A stretch of DNA of 50,361 nucleotides, taken from positions 1-50,361 of the forward strand of contig JBNGIO010005967.1 of the NCBI GenBank assembly GCA_049999805.1, in the 5' to 3' direction. Shown one piece after another: positions 1-11,491 of this stretch; within the stretch, counting starts at the first letter, position 1, and every line of letters starts with the position of its first letter. This DNA is from Folioceros fuciformis (lineage: Eukaryota). Below the pieces are notes generated by a model that had not been told where the DNA came from, made no database searches, and saw nothing but the letters and a program-made list of their open reading frames with translations. The translations under genes were made by a program, and so were the position numbers.

Positions 1-931
1 CATCAAACCCTTTGATTCGTGTGGCACGTGAAGACGAAGCAAGAAACGCCACCAGCAGGCACAAGGCGAGTGCGAATCTCCACCATCGCCCGATCACGCC
101 ATGACAGCGCGAGCGGGCAATGCAGGCAAAGAGAAGCACGCAACCGCAACGGAACGAGAGTAAGGCAGAAGGCAAGATAAGAAGCGTCCCAATTCGCGAT
201 GGCGCTAGCAAGGGTCAAGGAGAAAGCTCGGCTCGGACAAGGTGACAAGATCACTCTCTCTCCTCACTCTAGACTGCGGACAAAGTCCCTGCCTGACCAA
301 TTTGCTCATCCATCCATCCCGTCCCGCCACCTACTGCACCCACTTACTGTACCCAGGCTCATGGCGTGACGCTGTCCCCATGGTGCCTCTGGCCCGCGCT
401 CTGCATCTCGGGATGGGGTCCCGGGTACGCCTTGTCCCCATTCGCGCCTCCGGACATTGGTAGTCGGCTTGCGCACTTGCCCACGACCCTTCCTTTTTGT
501 ACGAGGATTCTTTTGCGGATGCTGACGTTCCGTTTCGTTTCTCCCACCAAGCCTCGTGGGCGTTTCCATCTTCGGCCAATACAGGCCACTTGTGTCTGCC
601 TTGGGCTCATGGGTACGGGCATGGAATGCATGTTTCACGTGGTCATTGGAATTTGCGTCACCTACTGTTTTTTTTTAGCACATTATTGGCGCTGCCCCCA
701 TAGAAATTTACCATTAATTCTCTTGAATATGTGTTTTTCTCTCACCTTGGCGTTTCCCTCGGACGCCCACGTGGGCTTGACCCCTGGGTCATTCTTTTCT
801 CTTTCATACCATTGGTATTTCAATACCCTTGTCGCATTTGAACTCCGCTGCAGCTTCAGGATAATACGAACGTCTAAAAAATAAGTTAATTTTATTAGAA
901 TTAACTCCGTTTAATTCAAAAACAAGGTACA

Positions 932-2260
932 ACAAAGTAACAACGCTCGTTTGAGTGCCAAGCAAGAAAGCTCCATACATAAAGCATGTTTAGTAGAGAA
1001 GGTTACTAACAGCATGAAAGCTCCATGCAGAAGCATGTTTAGCTACTAAGAGCATGAAAGCTCCATGTAGAAGCATGTTTAGCGCAGCAGGTTACTAAGA
1101 GCATGAAAGCTCCGTGCTTCTTTACTAAGAGCATGAAAGCTCCGTGCTTCTTTACTAAGAGCATGAAAGCTCCNNNNNNNNNNNNNNNNNNNNNNNNNNN
1201 NNNNNNNNNNNNNNNNNNNNNNNNNNNNNNNNNNNNNNNNNNNNNNNNNNNNNNNNNNNNNNNNNNNNNNNNNCCAACATTGTTACTTCAATATGCTTCG
1301 GCATGGAGCTTTCTTGCTTGGCACTCAAACTAGCGTTGTTACTTCAATATGCTTCTGCATAGAGCTTTCTTGCTTGGCACTCAAACTAGTGTTGCATGGA
1401 GCTTTCTTGCTTAGCACTCAAACTAGCGTTGTTACTTCAATATGCTTCTGCATGAAGCTTTCTTGCTTAGAACTCAAACTAGCGTCTGCATGAAGCTTTC
1501 TTGCTTGGCACTCAAACGAGTGTTGTTGAAGAAAGCTTGGTACTCACACCAGCTTTGTTACTTCAACATGCTTGTGCATAGAGCTTTCTTGCTTGGCACT
1601 CAAACTAGCGTTGTTGAAGAAACCTTGGCACTCAAACGAGCATTGTTACTTAAACATGGTTCTGCATAGAGCTTTCTTGCTTGGCAAAGCTTGGCACTCA
1701 AACGAGCATTATTACTTCAACATGGTTCTGCATAGAGCTTTCTTGCTCGGCACTCAAACTAGCGTTGTTGAAGAAAGCTTGGCACTCAAACAAGTGATGT
1801 TGAAGAAAGCTTGGCATTGTTGAAGAAAGCTTGGCACTCAAACGAGCGATGTTGAAGAAAGCTTGGCGTTGTTGAAGAAAGCTTGGCACTCAAACGAGTG
1901 TTGTTACTTCAACATGGTTCTGCATAGAGCTTTCTTGCTTGGCACGCAAACTAGCCTTGTTGAAGAAAGCTTGGCACTCACACGAGCTTTGTTGAAGAAA
2001 GCTTGGCACTCAAACGAGCGTTGTTACTTCAACATGGTTCTGCATAGAGCTTTCTTGCTTGGCACTCACACTAGTCTTGTTGAAGAAAGCTTGGCACTCA
2101 AACTAGTGTTGTTGAAAAAAGCTTGGCACTCAAACGAGTGTTGTTACTTCAACATGCTTCTGCATAGAACTTTCTTGCTTGGCACTCAAACCAGTGTAAT
2201 TACTTCAACATGGTTCTGCATAGAACTTTCTTGCTTTGCACTCAGACCAACGTTGTTACT
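932..2260. repeat. Minisatellite array built from ~56-bp and ~32-bp units (core GCTTGGCACTCAAAC), interrupted by an N gap at 1174-1273
   Basis: Many copies of GCTTTCTTGCTTGGCACTCAAAC and GTTGTTGAAGAAAGCTTGGCACTCAAAC. A 120-bp higher-order period is visible at 1871/1991/2111. Confidence 0.95.
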
Positions 2261-2934
2261 CACACCAACTATTCCTTCAAATCTGCACATTCAGTTCCTG
2301 TCGGCTCACGCTTACGTCTTCTATTGACCCCTATTTCCCCGTTTATGTACAACATACATACAGTACCTCTATTTCTTATTCACTCCAGATTCCGGTTTAC
2401 GCAATTGCTAGACTGATTCGATTTCTCTAGGGTTGCGTTCATACCTGGAGCATGGCGAAAACTCGTTCTTGTGCTATCGGTAATACCTCGGTGTCGGTGG
2501 TCGGACTGGGGCCGCCTATGGCCACAACTTTGGCATCCGTCCCCCCTCCCCCTGTAGAGGCCTGCCGGTTACCTGACTGCTCTTGGGTGTCTGTGTGTGG
2601 ATTTCTTGTACCGGTGTTGGATGGCTGCTAGGAGTTTGTGTTTGGCAGCCCGTATCTCCATTCCGACGCGCTCAGAGTGGTCGGCCACGCGCTTCCGGCG
2701 ATGTTGGCAGCTAGCCGGCCGAAGACCCGGGCTGGAGTTTTCGCTCCATGGAGTAGTTGGTAGTTCTTGCGGCGCTGGATCGAGATGTGTTACTTGCGAG
2801 TTCTTGCAAGTGCAGCGTTTCTTCCCGCCTCCTTGCTTGCTTCGGATGAGTGAAGTGCCTGAGTGTGACTTCCGGAACTGGATTTTGCTTCTCTGTTTGG
2901 CTGTCAGATTCCGAGTGGCAAGTTGATGAGAGGT

Positions 2935-3340
2935 GTTGTTTCATGCTTAGCGCCTCGGAGGTGTTGTTGCATGCACAGGGCCTCTGTGCAGATGTTCCAT
3001 GCCTAGCGCCTCGGAGGTGTTGTTGCATGCACAGGGCCTCTGTGAAGTTGTTCCATGCTTAGCGCCTCGGAGGTGTTGTTGCATGCATAGGGCCTCGGTG
3101 AAGTTGTTCCATGCCTAGCGCCTCGGAGGTGCTGTTGCATGCATATTTCACTGTGAAGTTGTTCCATGCCTAGCTCCTTGGAGGTGTTGTTGCATGCATA
3201 GGGCCTCGGTGAAGTTGTTCCATGTCTGGCTCCTTGGAGGTGTTGTTGCATGCATAGGGCCTCGGTGAAGTTGCTTATGTCTGGCTCCTTGGAGGTGTTG
3301 TTGCATGCTTAGGGCCTCTGTGAAGTTGCCCCATGCCTAG
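2935..3340. repeat. Tandem repeat, ~56-bp unit, 7 copies
   Basis: GGAGGTGTTGTTGCATGC (or a close variant) at 2957, 3013, 3069, 3125, 3180, 3236 and 3291. Confidence 0.95.
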
Positions 3341-3959
3341 GGTTTCGGTTAAGGTCTTCCGGAATCCAGACGTGAACTTGAGTTCTTGGTCTGAAGCGAT
3401 GCTGTCCCGGCAGCCATGGAGCCTGAACTGAACATCTCGTGGGTAACAAGGTGGCTAGCCTCTGGGCGGGGATGGTCGAGTGGGGCATTTGGTCTCAAGT
3501 CTCGCGGACCGGGTCCGTGCCTTGGCTTGCCGGAAAATATTGGTCCTCCTGAATTTTTCCACACTTCATTCCTTGGCTCTTACTATCATTTTGGGCTTTA
3601 GGTAGCCAAACAAGAGATGGCATGTAATCAGAGACCTCGGGATTGTGAAACATGACAAGTATGATAATAATGACGCTTGCACTGTCATTTACGGGTTAAA
3701 AAATATAGTAATATATTTCACATTCTATGTTATAACTGATTTTTTTACATTCCATATTACATATGAAAAACGTTTGTATACTTATAGATGTCCTCGAAAC
3801 CCAAGTATTATATTTTACATTCCAAGGGCATAAGACAAAACATTTGCATACCCAAGTACTATATTGTACATTTGCACATTCATCCATCTCTTTAAAAAGA
3901 TTAAACCCTAACATGTGAATGTGGTGGTAGTGATTTGCAAGGCCTAGAAGCATGTACAA

Positions 3960-4600
3960 TTAGTTGTCACTTTTGGGGGAATTGGCTTGGCTGTACAGGT
4001 CTCTTGCCCTAGGAAGCATGCATTATTAGTATTCTCACTTTTGGGGTCTTGGCTTGCCCCATGTACGTCTACACCCTAGGAAGCATGCATTATTAGTATT
4101 GTCACTTTTGGGGCATTGGCTTGCCCCATGTAGGTCTGACTGTAGTAAGCATGTATTGTTAGTATTGTCACTTTTGGGGCATTGGCTTGCCCATGTAGGT
4201 CTGCTTGCAGGAAGCATGTGCTGTTAGTATTATCAATATTGGGGCATTGGCTTGCCCATGTAGGACTCATTGCAGGAAGCATGTATTGTTAGTATTGTCA
4301 CTTTTGGGGCATTGGCTTGCCCATGTAGGTCTCATTGTAGGGAGCATGTATTGTTAGTATTGTCACTTTTGGGGGCATTGGCTTGCCCATGCAGGTCTCA
4401 CTGTAGGAAGCATGTACTGTTAATATTGTCACTTTTGGGGCATTGGCTTGCCATGTAGGTCTCATTGTAGGGAGCATGTATTGTTAGTATTGTCACTTTT
4501 GGGGGCATTGGCTTGGCCATGTAGGTCTCACCCTAGGAATAATGTATTGTGAGTGCTTTTAGTTGTCACTTTTGGGGGCATTGGCTTGGCCATGTAGCTC
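3960..4600. repeat. Tandem repeat, ~65-bp unit, ~10 copies
   Basis: GTCACTTTTGGGGCATTGGCTTGCCCATGTAGGTCT recurs every ~65 bp. Confidence 0.95.
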
Positions 4601-4710
4601 TCGGCCCCACCAATAGCCTTCCTTAGTAGTTAGACACTCTCAATTTCTACTTGAGGATTCCTTTCTTGTGGAGGCTTTTGTCTTGGATGTCAAGTTGGGT
4701 ATCTTAAAGG

Positions 4711-5283
4711 CAAGCTAGAGACTCCTTATTTTTAGAGGTTTGAGAGAGCTGACCTCCTTTTTCCTCCTTCTTTGAGGGAAAAGATGCGGGATCTTCAAGC
4801 CTCGCTTTAGAAGAAGGAATATATACAAGCTTCTTTGAGGGAAAGCATGTGGGGTCTTCAAGCCTCTCTTTAGAAGAAGGAATATATGCAACCTTCTTTG
4901 AGGGAAAGGATGCCGGATTTTCAAGCCTCGCTTTAGAAGAAGGAATATATGCATGAGTAAACAACTCTTTTCTTGGACTCATCCATCCCCCAAGTCCTCT
5001 AGGGCATGCATCTGCTTCTAGTTAGGAAAGACAGTTGACTCTTTGATTCTAAGTCAACCTTGCTAGAGACTCCTTATTTTTAGAGGCTTAAGAGAGCTGA
5101 CCTCCTTGTTCCTCCTCCTTTGAGGGAAAGGATGCGGGATCTTCAAGCCTCTCTTCAGAAGAAGGAATATATGCAAGAGTAAACAACTCTTTTCTTGGAC
5201 TCATCCATCCCCAAGTCCTCTAGGGCATGCATGTGCTTCTAGTTAGGAAAGGCAGTTGACTCTTGGCTTCCGAGTCAACCTTG
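4711..5283. repeat. Direct duplication with internal ~69-bp sub-repeats
   Basis: GCTAGAGACTCCTTATTTTTAGAGG at 4714 and 5062. Three sub-repeats in the first copy read as YIPSSKxRLEDPxxFPSKK on the minus strand. Confidence 0.85.
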
Positions 5284-6084
5284 CATCTAGCCATTTTGAA
5301 TTGTATCAACAACTTTTGCAATTGTAATAAGATTTTGATGATTCAACTTTAGCTTTTTCTCTCTATATGCAATTGTGGGGCTACCATTGGTGACTTCATG
5401 TCTGTGTGGCATTGGGTAGGCTACATAACTGTCATGACAAGCTTTCCTCTATTAAATCCTATCTACACAACAGCCAATTCAAGAGCCACTCTCTAATCTC
5501 AGCCTCAACTCCCTCGTCCAAAGTTGGGTCATTTCATTTGTTGGATTGCTTGATATTCATGTCTTGGCTTTAACAACCACCCATTGTAATGTCATATTCT
5601 TGATAGCTAGGGATTGTTGCTTTCTTTTGTATAGGAAGCGCACATAGACACTCCATACCGGGTGGTGCTACTCACAGTGGATCTCTATTTTAAGGTAGGG
5701 GAATAGATGTGTGTTGCCTATATGGTAATCACAAATCTCACTAGGAATTCCACTTGTGAATATGTTATCATCAACCCTCCATGGCTAAGCACTAGAGAGC
5801 ATACAAATACACAATAGGCAAGGTCCACAATCAATCTTCCATGTAAGATGATCATATTCCTTCAGTAGTAATATTTGAAGGGCTAATCTCCTTGGACTTA
5901 ATTCCTTTTAAGTTTAAAATACAATCTCTCAGCTCTTTTCTAATAAAATTATTATTATTATTAAAAATTAAATTAAAACCCCAATATTTTAGATTCAATA
6001 TCATATAAAAAATATAACTTCTATAAGTTCAGACTGTTAGTACATGATTCTCCGACCTGTCGAAACCAAAAGAATCCGAGAATA

Positions 6085-6277
6085 TGAGAGCAAGTAGACC
6101 AGAATAGAGTTCCGCGATTCAGGTGCGGATGCCCTGGCTTTGGAGATATATATAGCATGTAGACTAGAATAAAGCTCTCTTATTCGGATGCGGATGCGTT
6201 AGCTATGGAGATTCGTGGCAAGTCAATAGAATACAGTTCGCTTGTTCTGACGCGGATCCCTCTCGGCAGTGGAGATA
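6085..6277. repeat. Degenerate ~63-bp tandem repeat, 3 copies
   Basis: The pattern AGAATA...GCGGAT...TGGAGAT occurs three times. Confidence 0.6.
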
Positions 6278-7028
6278 CTCAGCGATCTTAATTTTCATTA
6301 AAGGGGCAAGAGAAACCATCTGATGCCGTGGGAATAAACCCAGCTGCAGGAGCCAAAAGACGAAGCTTTAGGTCCATTCACTCTTCTTTTTGAAAATGCC
6401 TGTGTACAGCGTGAAAGCCATAGATACGACAATCCCTGACACTGTCATGCACCAACTGCAACGGGTGTGAGCCTGGAAATGCGTGCAGAAAATATCAGGC
6501 TTTGTCTTCATAAACGCATAGGGCTATGAGGTTCCGGATCCTGGAAACAAGCCAAGAAAGCTGGAATGGAAGGAGAGAGCTTGTTTGTTGCCATACCTGG
6601 ATCCAGGTGGGGACGTGACTTGCAAGTAGGCAGTCTGTGGCCAACCATTAACAAAGTTTGTGGCCACAGACTTTGATAACGCAAGATTCAACACACTTGT
6701 CAGGGAGAGCACAAGTTTTCTAGACAGGCTGACAAAGCTTGAGTGGATTCAGGATTTGAAGATCCAGTACGTATGAGGTTGCACATGCAAGCTGTCAGTA
6801 CGGCGTAGCAGGAACTGCGAGGAGTACTTGTGTTTTGCACCGCTGGGGAGAAACATCCGGTGTCAGAGACAGCGACTGAACCTCCATTCTAAGAGGGTGC
6901 AGGTTTCCCGGTCGGCGGCGGGAACCCAACGGACGACTTCTCCGGAGTTCGCGTACTCGGAGGGCGTCGTTATGACGGTAGGGATTGGGGTGGTTGGATT
7001 GGTTACTTATTGCCAGAGCGCCTTGGAC

Positions 7029-9137
7029 CTAGAGTGACTGAGGGGTTCGCGTCGTGGAGGCCCTGAGACTGTGCACGATGACAGGCATGCCGAACTGGGC
7101 TCTGATAGTCATGACCACTGACGGGGAGTGCTTATAGTTGGGGGACACTTGGAAGGAGAAGTGTTGGAGCAGGGAGGCCAGAATGAGCTTGGACTCCATC
7201 AGCGCAAACGATCCACCCAGGCATTTTCTCTGGCCATTGGCGAAGGGCATGAAGGCTGCAGGATGCTGGCAGGCGTTGGCAACCCCGTTGGAGAACCTTT
7301 CCGGCTTGAACTGGTCCGCATCCTCTCCCCACAGGGCTTTGTCTCGGTGAAAGAGGTGCAGCGGAATCCAGACGCTCACCCCCGCCGGAAACACCGTGTC
7401 GCCGATCCGGGTACTGTCCACGAACAGCGCCCGGGAGATGTTGGGTACCGGGGGGTACAGCCGCAGCGCCTCGTTGATCACCATGCTCAGCTGCACAAGA
7501 CAGGCCAGCAAGCCGCAAACGAGCTTAAGTGAATCTTGAGACGGATGGAAGAACGCGAAAATTCTTCGTGCAGGATGTGTGTCACTCACGGTCTTGAGTC
7601 TGTTGAGAGCCTCAGCGGTGTCGGGCACGGCGCCCTGGCAGACCTCCGTAACCTCGTCCCGGACCCGCTGCTGCCAGTCAGGGTAGAGGGCCAGCAGGAG
7701 GATGGCCCAGGTGAGGAGCACGGAAGTGGTCTCTTGGCCGGCCACGAAGAATGTCCGGCACTCGTCCACGAGCAGCTCGCTGTCGAACTTCCCCTGGTCC
7801 TCGGCGGCAGCCAGCATCAGGCCTAGCAGGTCACGGCCGTAAGGGTGGGCAGATTCTTTGGCCGCGCTCTGCCTCCGCTGCTGGATGACTTGCAGCAGGG
7901 TTGATCTCATCGTTCTTCGCAAGTCCCACAGCCTTCGGTTGGAAGCCACCGGCAGCCACCTGCAGCAGGCCGGGGGAATTGGATGATGAGATTCTCTCTC
8001 ACTTGTGTTCACGGCAAGCGCAGGAATTCAGGCAGCAGGTCAGTTCTGTCAAGGTGCACGCGGGATCAGAGGACATCACTACTTGTATCCAGGAATGAGC
8101 TCGAACTTGAACTTAGCAACAGAAATGTGGACCAACTCCTCCACGATTGTAAACGCTTGCTTCCCCATGTCGTAGTTGCCTCCGAACGCAGTGCGGGTGA
8201 TGATGTCCGCTGTGGCCCAGGACATGAGCAGCGTCACATCAACCTCCGCAGCCCCCTTCTCCGGGATCCCTTCTGCCTTCCTCACCGCCTCCCCAAGTCT
8301 CTCCAGCAGTTCCTCACCAGTTTGGGCCATGACCTTCACCATTTCCTGCACACCACATCGTTGACACAACTGATCACAGCAGCAGTAACTGTAGCTCCAA
8401 AAGCTTGCCACGGCATTGGCCATGGCATTGTCCTGCCCTGTCCTGTCCACGGGTGTGGGTTTCTAGCCCCTACCTTTAGAGCTTCAGCTTGAAATGCCGG
8501 CCCCACAACCAGCCGCTGCTCTTGCCACTCTTGCCCGTTGGCCAGGACAACTCCCCGTCCCACAAGTTCCTTGCCTATTTTGCGCGTTATCTCTGATTTG
8601 CCATTCATGTCGCGAGAAGCGAAGAGAATTTCCCGCGCCATGTCCGGGTCCAGGATCGGGATATGCGGCACGCTTCCCAGCCAGTATACCACCTTGGGCC
8701 CTGCATCTCTCCACATTCGCAACGTCGTCAGCCCAATTAGGACAGCACTTCAAGGCAACAGCATCGTCCTTGAGGATTCGTGTGGCAGACACCTTACCGA
8801 AATTCCGCAGCCACAGGCACTGGGCAGGCGAGAGGCGGTCGTTGATGGAGTGCGTGATGGAATCCAGGGGCTTGGAGCAAGCTGCCCTGCTGATCCTGGC
8901 GACGTCGAAGGCATTACCCACCAATGGCGTGCAGGGCAGCACGTGATAGCCCTGCGCTTCCAGTTTGGCCTTCACCTCCATCTGCCATCGCCGGGTCTTG
9001 AGGGCGCCCACCACAAATGTCACCAGCTGCACGCCCGCCAGCATCACCACCAAGCTGATCGCCACCCTCAACACGAACCATCCATTCAATTCCCACAGCA
9101 GAGACGTCTCCAGGGTAGGATCGACGTTTCCTGCCAT
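7029..9137 (-). CDS. Cytochrome P450, CYP72-clan-like; 5 exons (9137-8798, 8700-8474, 8345-8083, 7959-7590, 7490-7029)
   Basis: N-terminal TM helix, DECRTFFVAGQETT (I helix), EALR (ExxR), FKPERF and FANGQRKCLG (heme motif). GT-AG joins keep the frame. Confidence 0.92.
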
Positions 9138-9597
9138 GGTCCTGGCCAAGTTTGACAGGGAGCTCCCGTTTCAGTCTGGAGCGTCCTCCTCCGCCAAGGC
9201 TGCTAGCACGAAGATGCTCCAGCTGAGTGTCCCTCAGTTTCGAGGTGTGCTTCTAGAACCCGCATAAGACAACGGCCCCGCAGTCGTTAACTGGTCGTGG
9301 GACCAGTAACCTTAGGGGCCAAAGGTGGCGTGATTGGTTGGGGTTCGTCGATGGGGTTTTAGTGGCTGGTTTTGCGAGGCTGGGAAGACGTATGGATGGA
9401 TAAATGTTGTTCNNNNNNNNNNNNNNNNNNNNNNNNNNNNNNNNNNNNNNNNNNNNNNNNNNNNNNNNNNNNNNNNNNNNNNNNNNNNNNNNNNNNNNNN
9501 NNNNNNNNNNNNTCCGCATTCAGTGTCCCAGCAGTTTTTTGTCTGCAGTATTCCGGTGAACAGTGACATATTCGAGATTCAGAGAACCTGCTAACGT

Positions 9598-9780
9598 CGT
9601 CCATCAGCTGTCCCCGAACGCCAGCGCTAGCCTCGCTTTCATCCCTCTTCCATCTGCTGTCCCTGAATACCAGGGCCAGCCTCGCCCTCACCCCTCGTCC
9701 ATCAGCTGTCCCCAAACGCCAGCGCTAGCCTCGCCGTCATCTCCCGTCCATCGGCTGTCCCCAAACGCCAGCGGTAGCCT
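9598..9780. repeat. Short direct repeat, ~39 bp, 3 copies
   Basis: CGTCCATCAGCTGTCCCCRAACGCCAGCG at ~9598, ~9696 and ~9745. Confidence 0.85.
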
Positions 9781-11491
9781 GGGACGGCTAACACCAATTG
9801 GATGACTTGCCCCTTGCTCAAGCAACGTTGAGCTCCAATCCAGCTCCATCCTTTAACCGAGGTTAGTCAGCAGCTCTCTCTCTGCCTCGCTGGGCCCGTT
9901 GCATGCCTTCCATCGATTGACCGCCCCTCCATACCACCTTCACATCCCCAATTGTGTAGGCAAGTTATGTTTACCCTTGCTGCAAACGGGGTAGGTGTTC
10001 AGAAGCTCTGTGGAGGCAGGCAGGGAGAATCACACATTGTGGAGCCCCTTTTCTTTCGATGTTTTTGCTCTTGCTTTCCTCACTGTTCCTGCATCTAAAA
10101 GGAAGCTTTGCATGCCTATTTATCTGCCAAAAGCGTATTCGGTGCTTTCCTCGAGCACAAGCTATCAATCCTTTGCATGCTGGAACCATTATCTGAGACC
10201 ATCGTCAAGGCAAGGCGTTTGTCACACATTACAAGGGTGAAAGGCGAGAAAACTCGGCGAGTGTTGCACCTTCCAAATTCATCACCCTGTGACCTTACCA
10301 AAAGCTAGAGCATCTCGTCAACTTGCCGAAGTCGATCCGTTTTCCAGGGAGCGATCGCAACGAGGCGGATCAGGGACGGATTATGGCAACGTCTGTGCGG
10401 CAGATCCGGTGGCGCACCGACGTAACCCTCTCCACATCGTCCGCCTCCCGCGTCTTACGTCCTGCCGTTCTTCTCCAGCTGGTAAGACAGAAGGTGCTTG
10501 GAAGTGTTGGCCACGTTCCTGACGCCGACCTTTGGCATTTGCTTCCGCAGAGAAGCCGGTCCTCACAGCGGTCACTATCTGTGCCAGGAGCTCGACAACG
10601 GACAGCTTCAACTTCTAGACTTGGACATCAACAGGTCTGCCCTAATTTGCTTCTCCTCCCCAAGCTCCTTGCAAGCACTGCATGTTCAATTCATGTTTCT
10701 GGTATACTCATTTGGGATCTCTCTGCACACGGCAGCTTTGGCGAGCTGAGGTCCGGCGTGGCTGAGCTTCTCTCGGAAATGGAATGGCTACAGAGTTCTC
10801 GCCGAAAGAAAGCTAGAGCTGCTGCTGTTGCTGCTAAAGCAATTCCTTCGGTGCCTGTGCCTTCTGATGGCTGATTCTCAGGTCACCTGCAGTGCACAGT
10901 ACAGGTAGTCGTGGAGGAAACTCCATCTATGGAAACTTGAAGGCAGCGCCATAAATCCGCAAGCATAGACAGCTTAGTCTGCTTGGTTTGAAGGAGTGTG
11001 CACACTGAAGTGAATTCATTCTGCCTCACTGCCGATCACTTCTGAGTATCCAAGTGTGCTCTCTGGCGCCTCAAAGATCTCACTGGGGTATCGAACGCTT
11101 ATGGTTTTGATACTTTCGTCATGTACTATTGCATTGGGACTCCAACATCCTCCTTCGATACTCCACCATGAGCCCTTGAACAGGAAACGTCAGCTAACCC
11201 AACGCCAGGTTTCCATGCACACTTTGTGAACCCTAGACTGCAGATCTAATCGGTCGGGTTTTGATTGGCTGATATCGTTAGCCTTGACACGACAGACACG
11301 AAAGCTTATGTGATAGCTGTGGAGACCTTACCGCAGTTACGTACAGTCCAGGTTGCGCGGGACTCTACGCGGTTGATATTCGCGGTGGCCGCGCCGTGCG
11401 GAGCTGCGGCACTGTCGTGCGCAGGGAGTGCGGAAGAGGAGGCTGGATATGAATGGCACGTAGACTGGAAGAGCTGGTCTTCTGAGAACCC

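Noticed and set aside
1863..2327. 154-aa ORF with 40-aa repeats
   Set aside because: A by-product of the 120-bp repeat period being a multiple of three. There is no other coding evidence.
932..4600. CRISPR-like appearance of the regularly spaced repeats
   Set aside because: The sequence between cores is itself repeated (no unique spacers), there are no cas genes and the context is eukaryotic. These are minisatellites.
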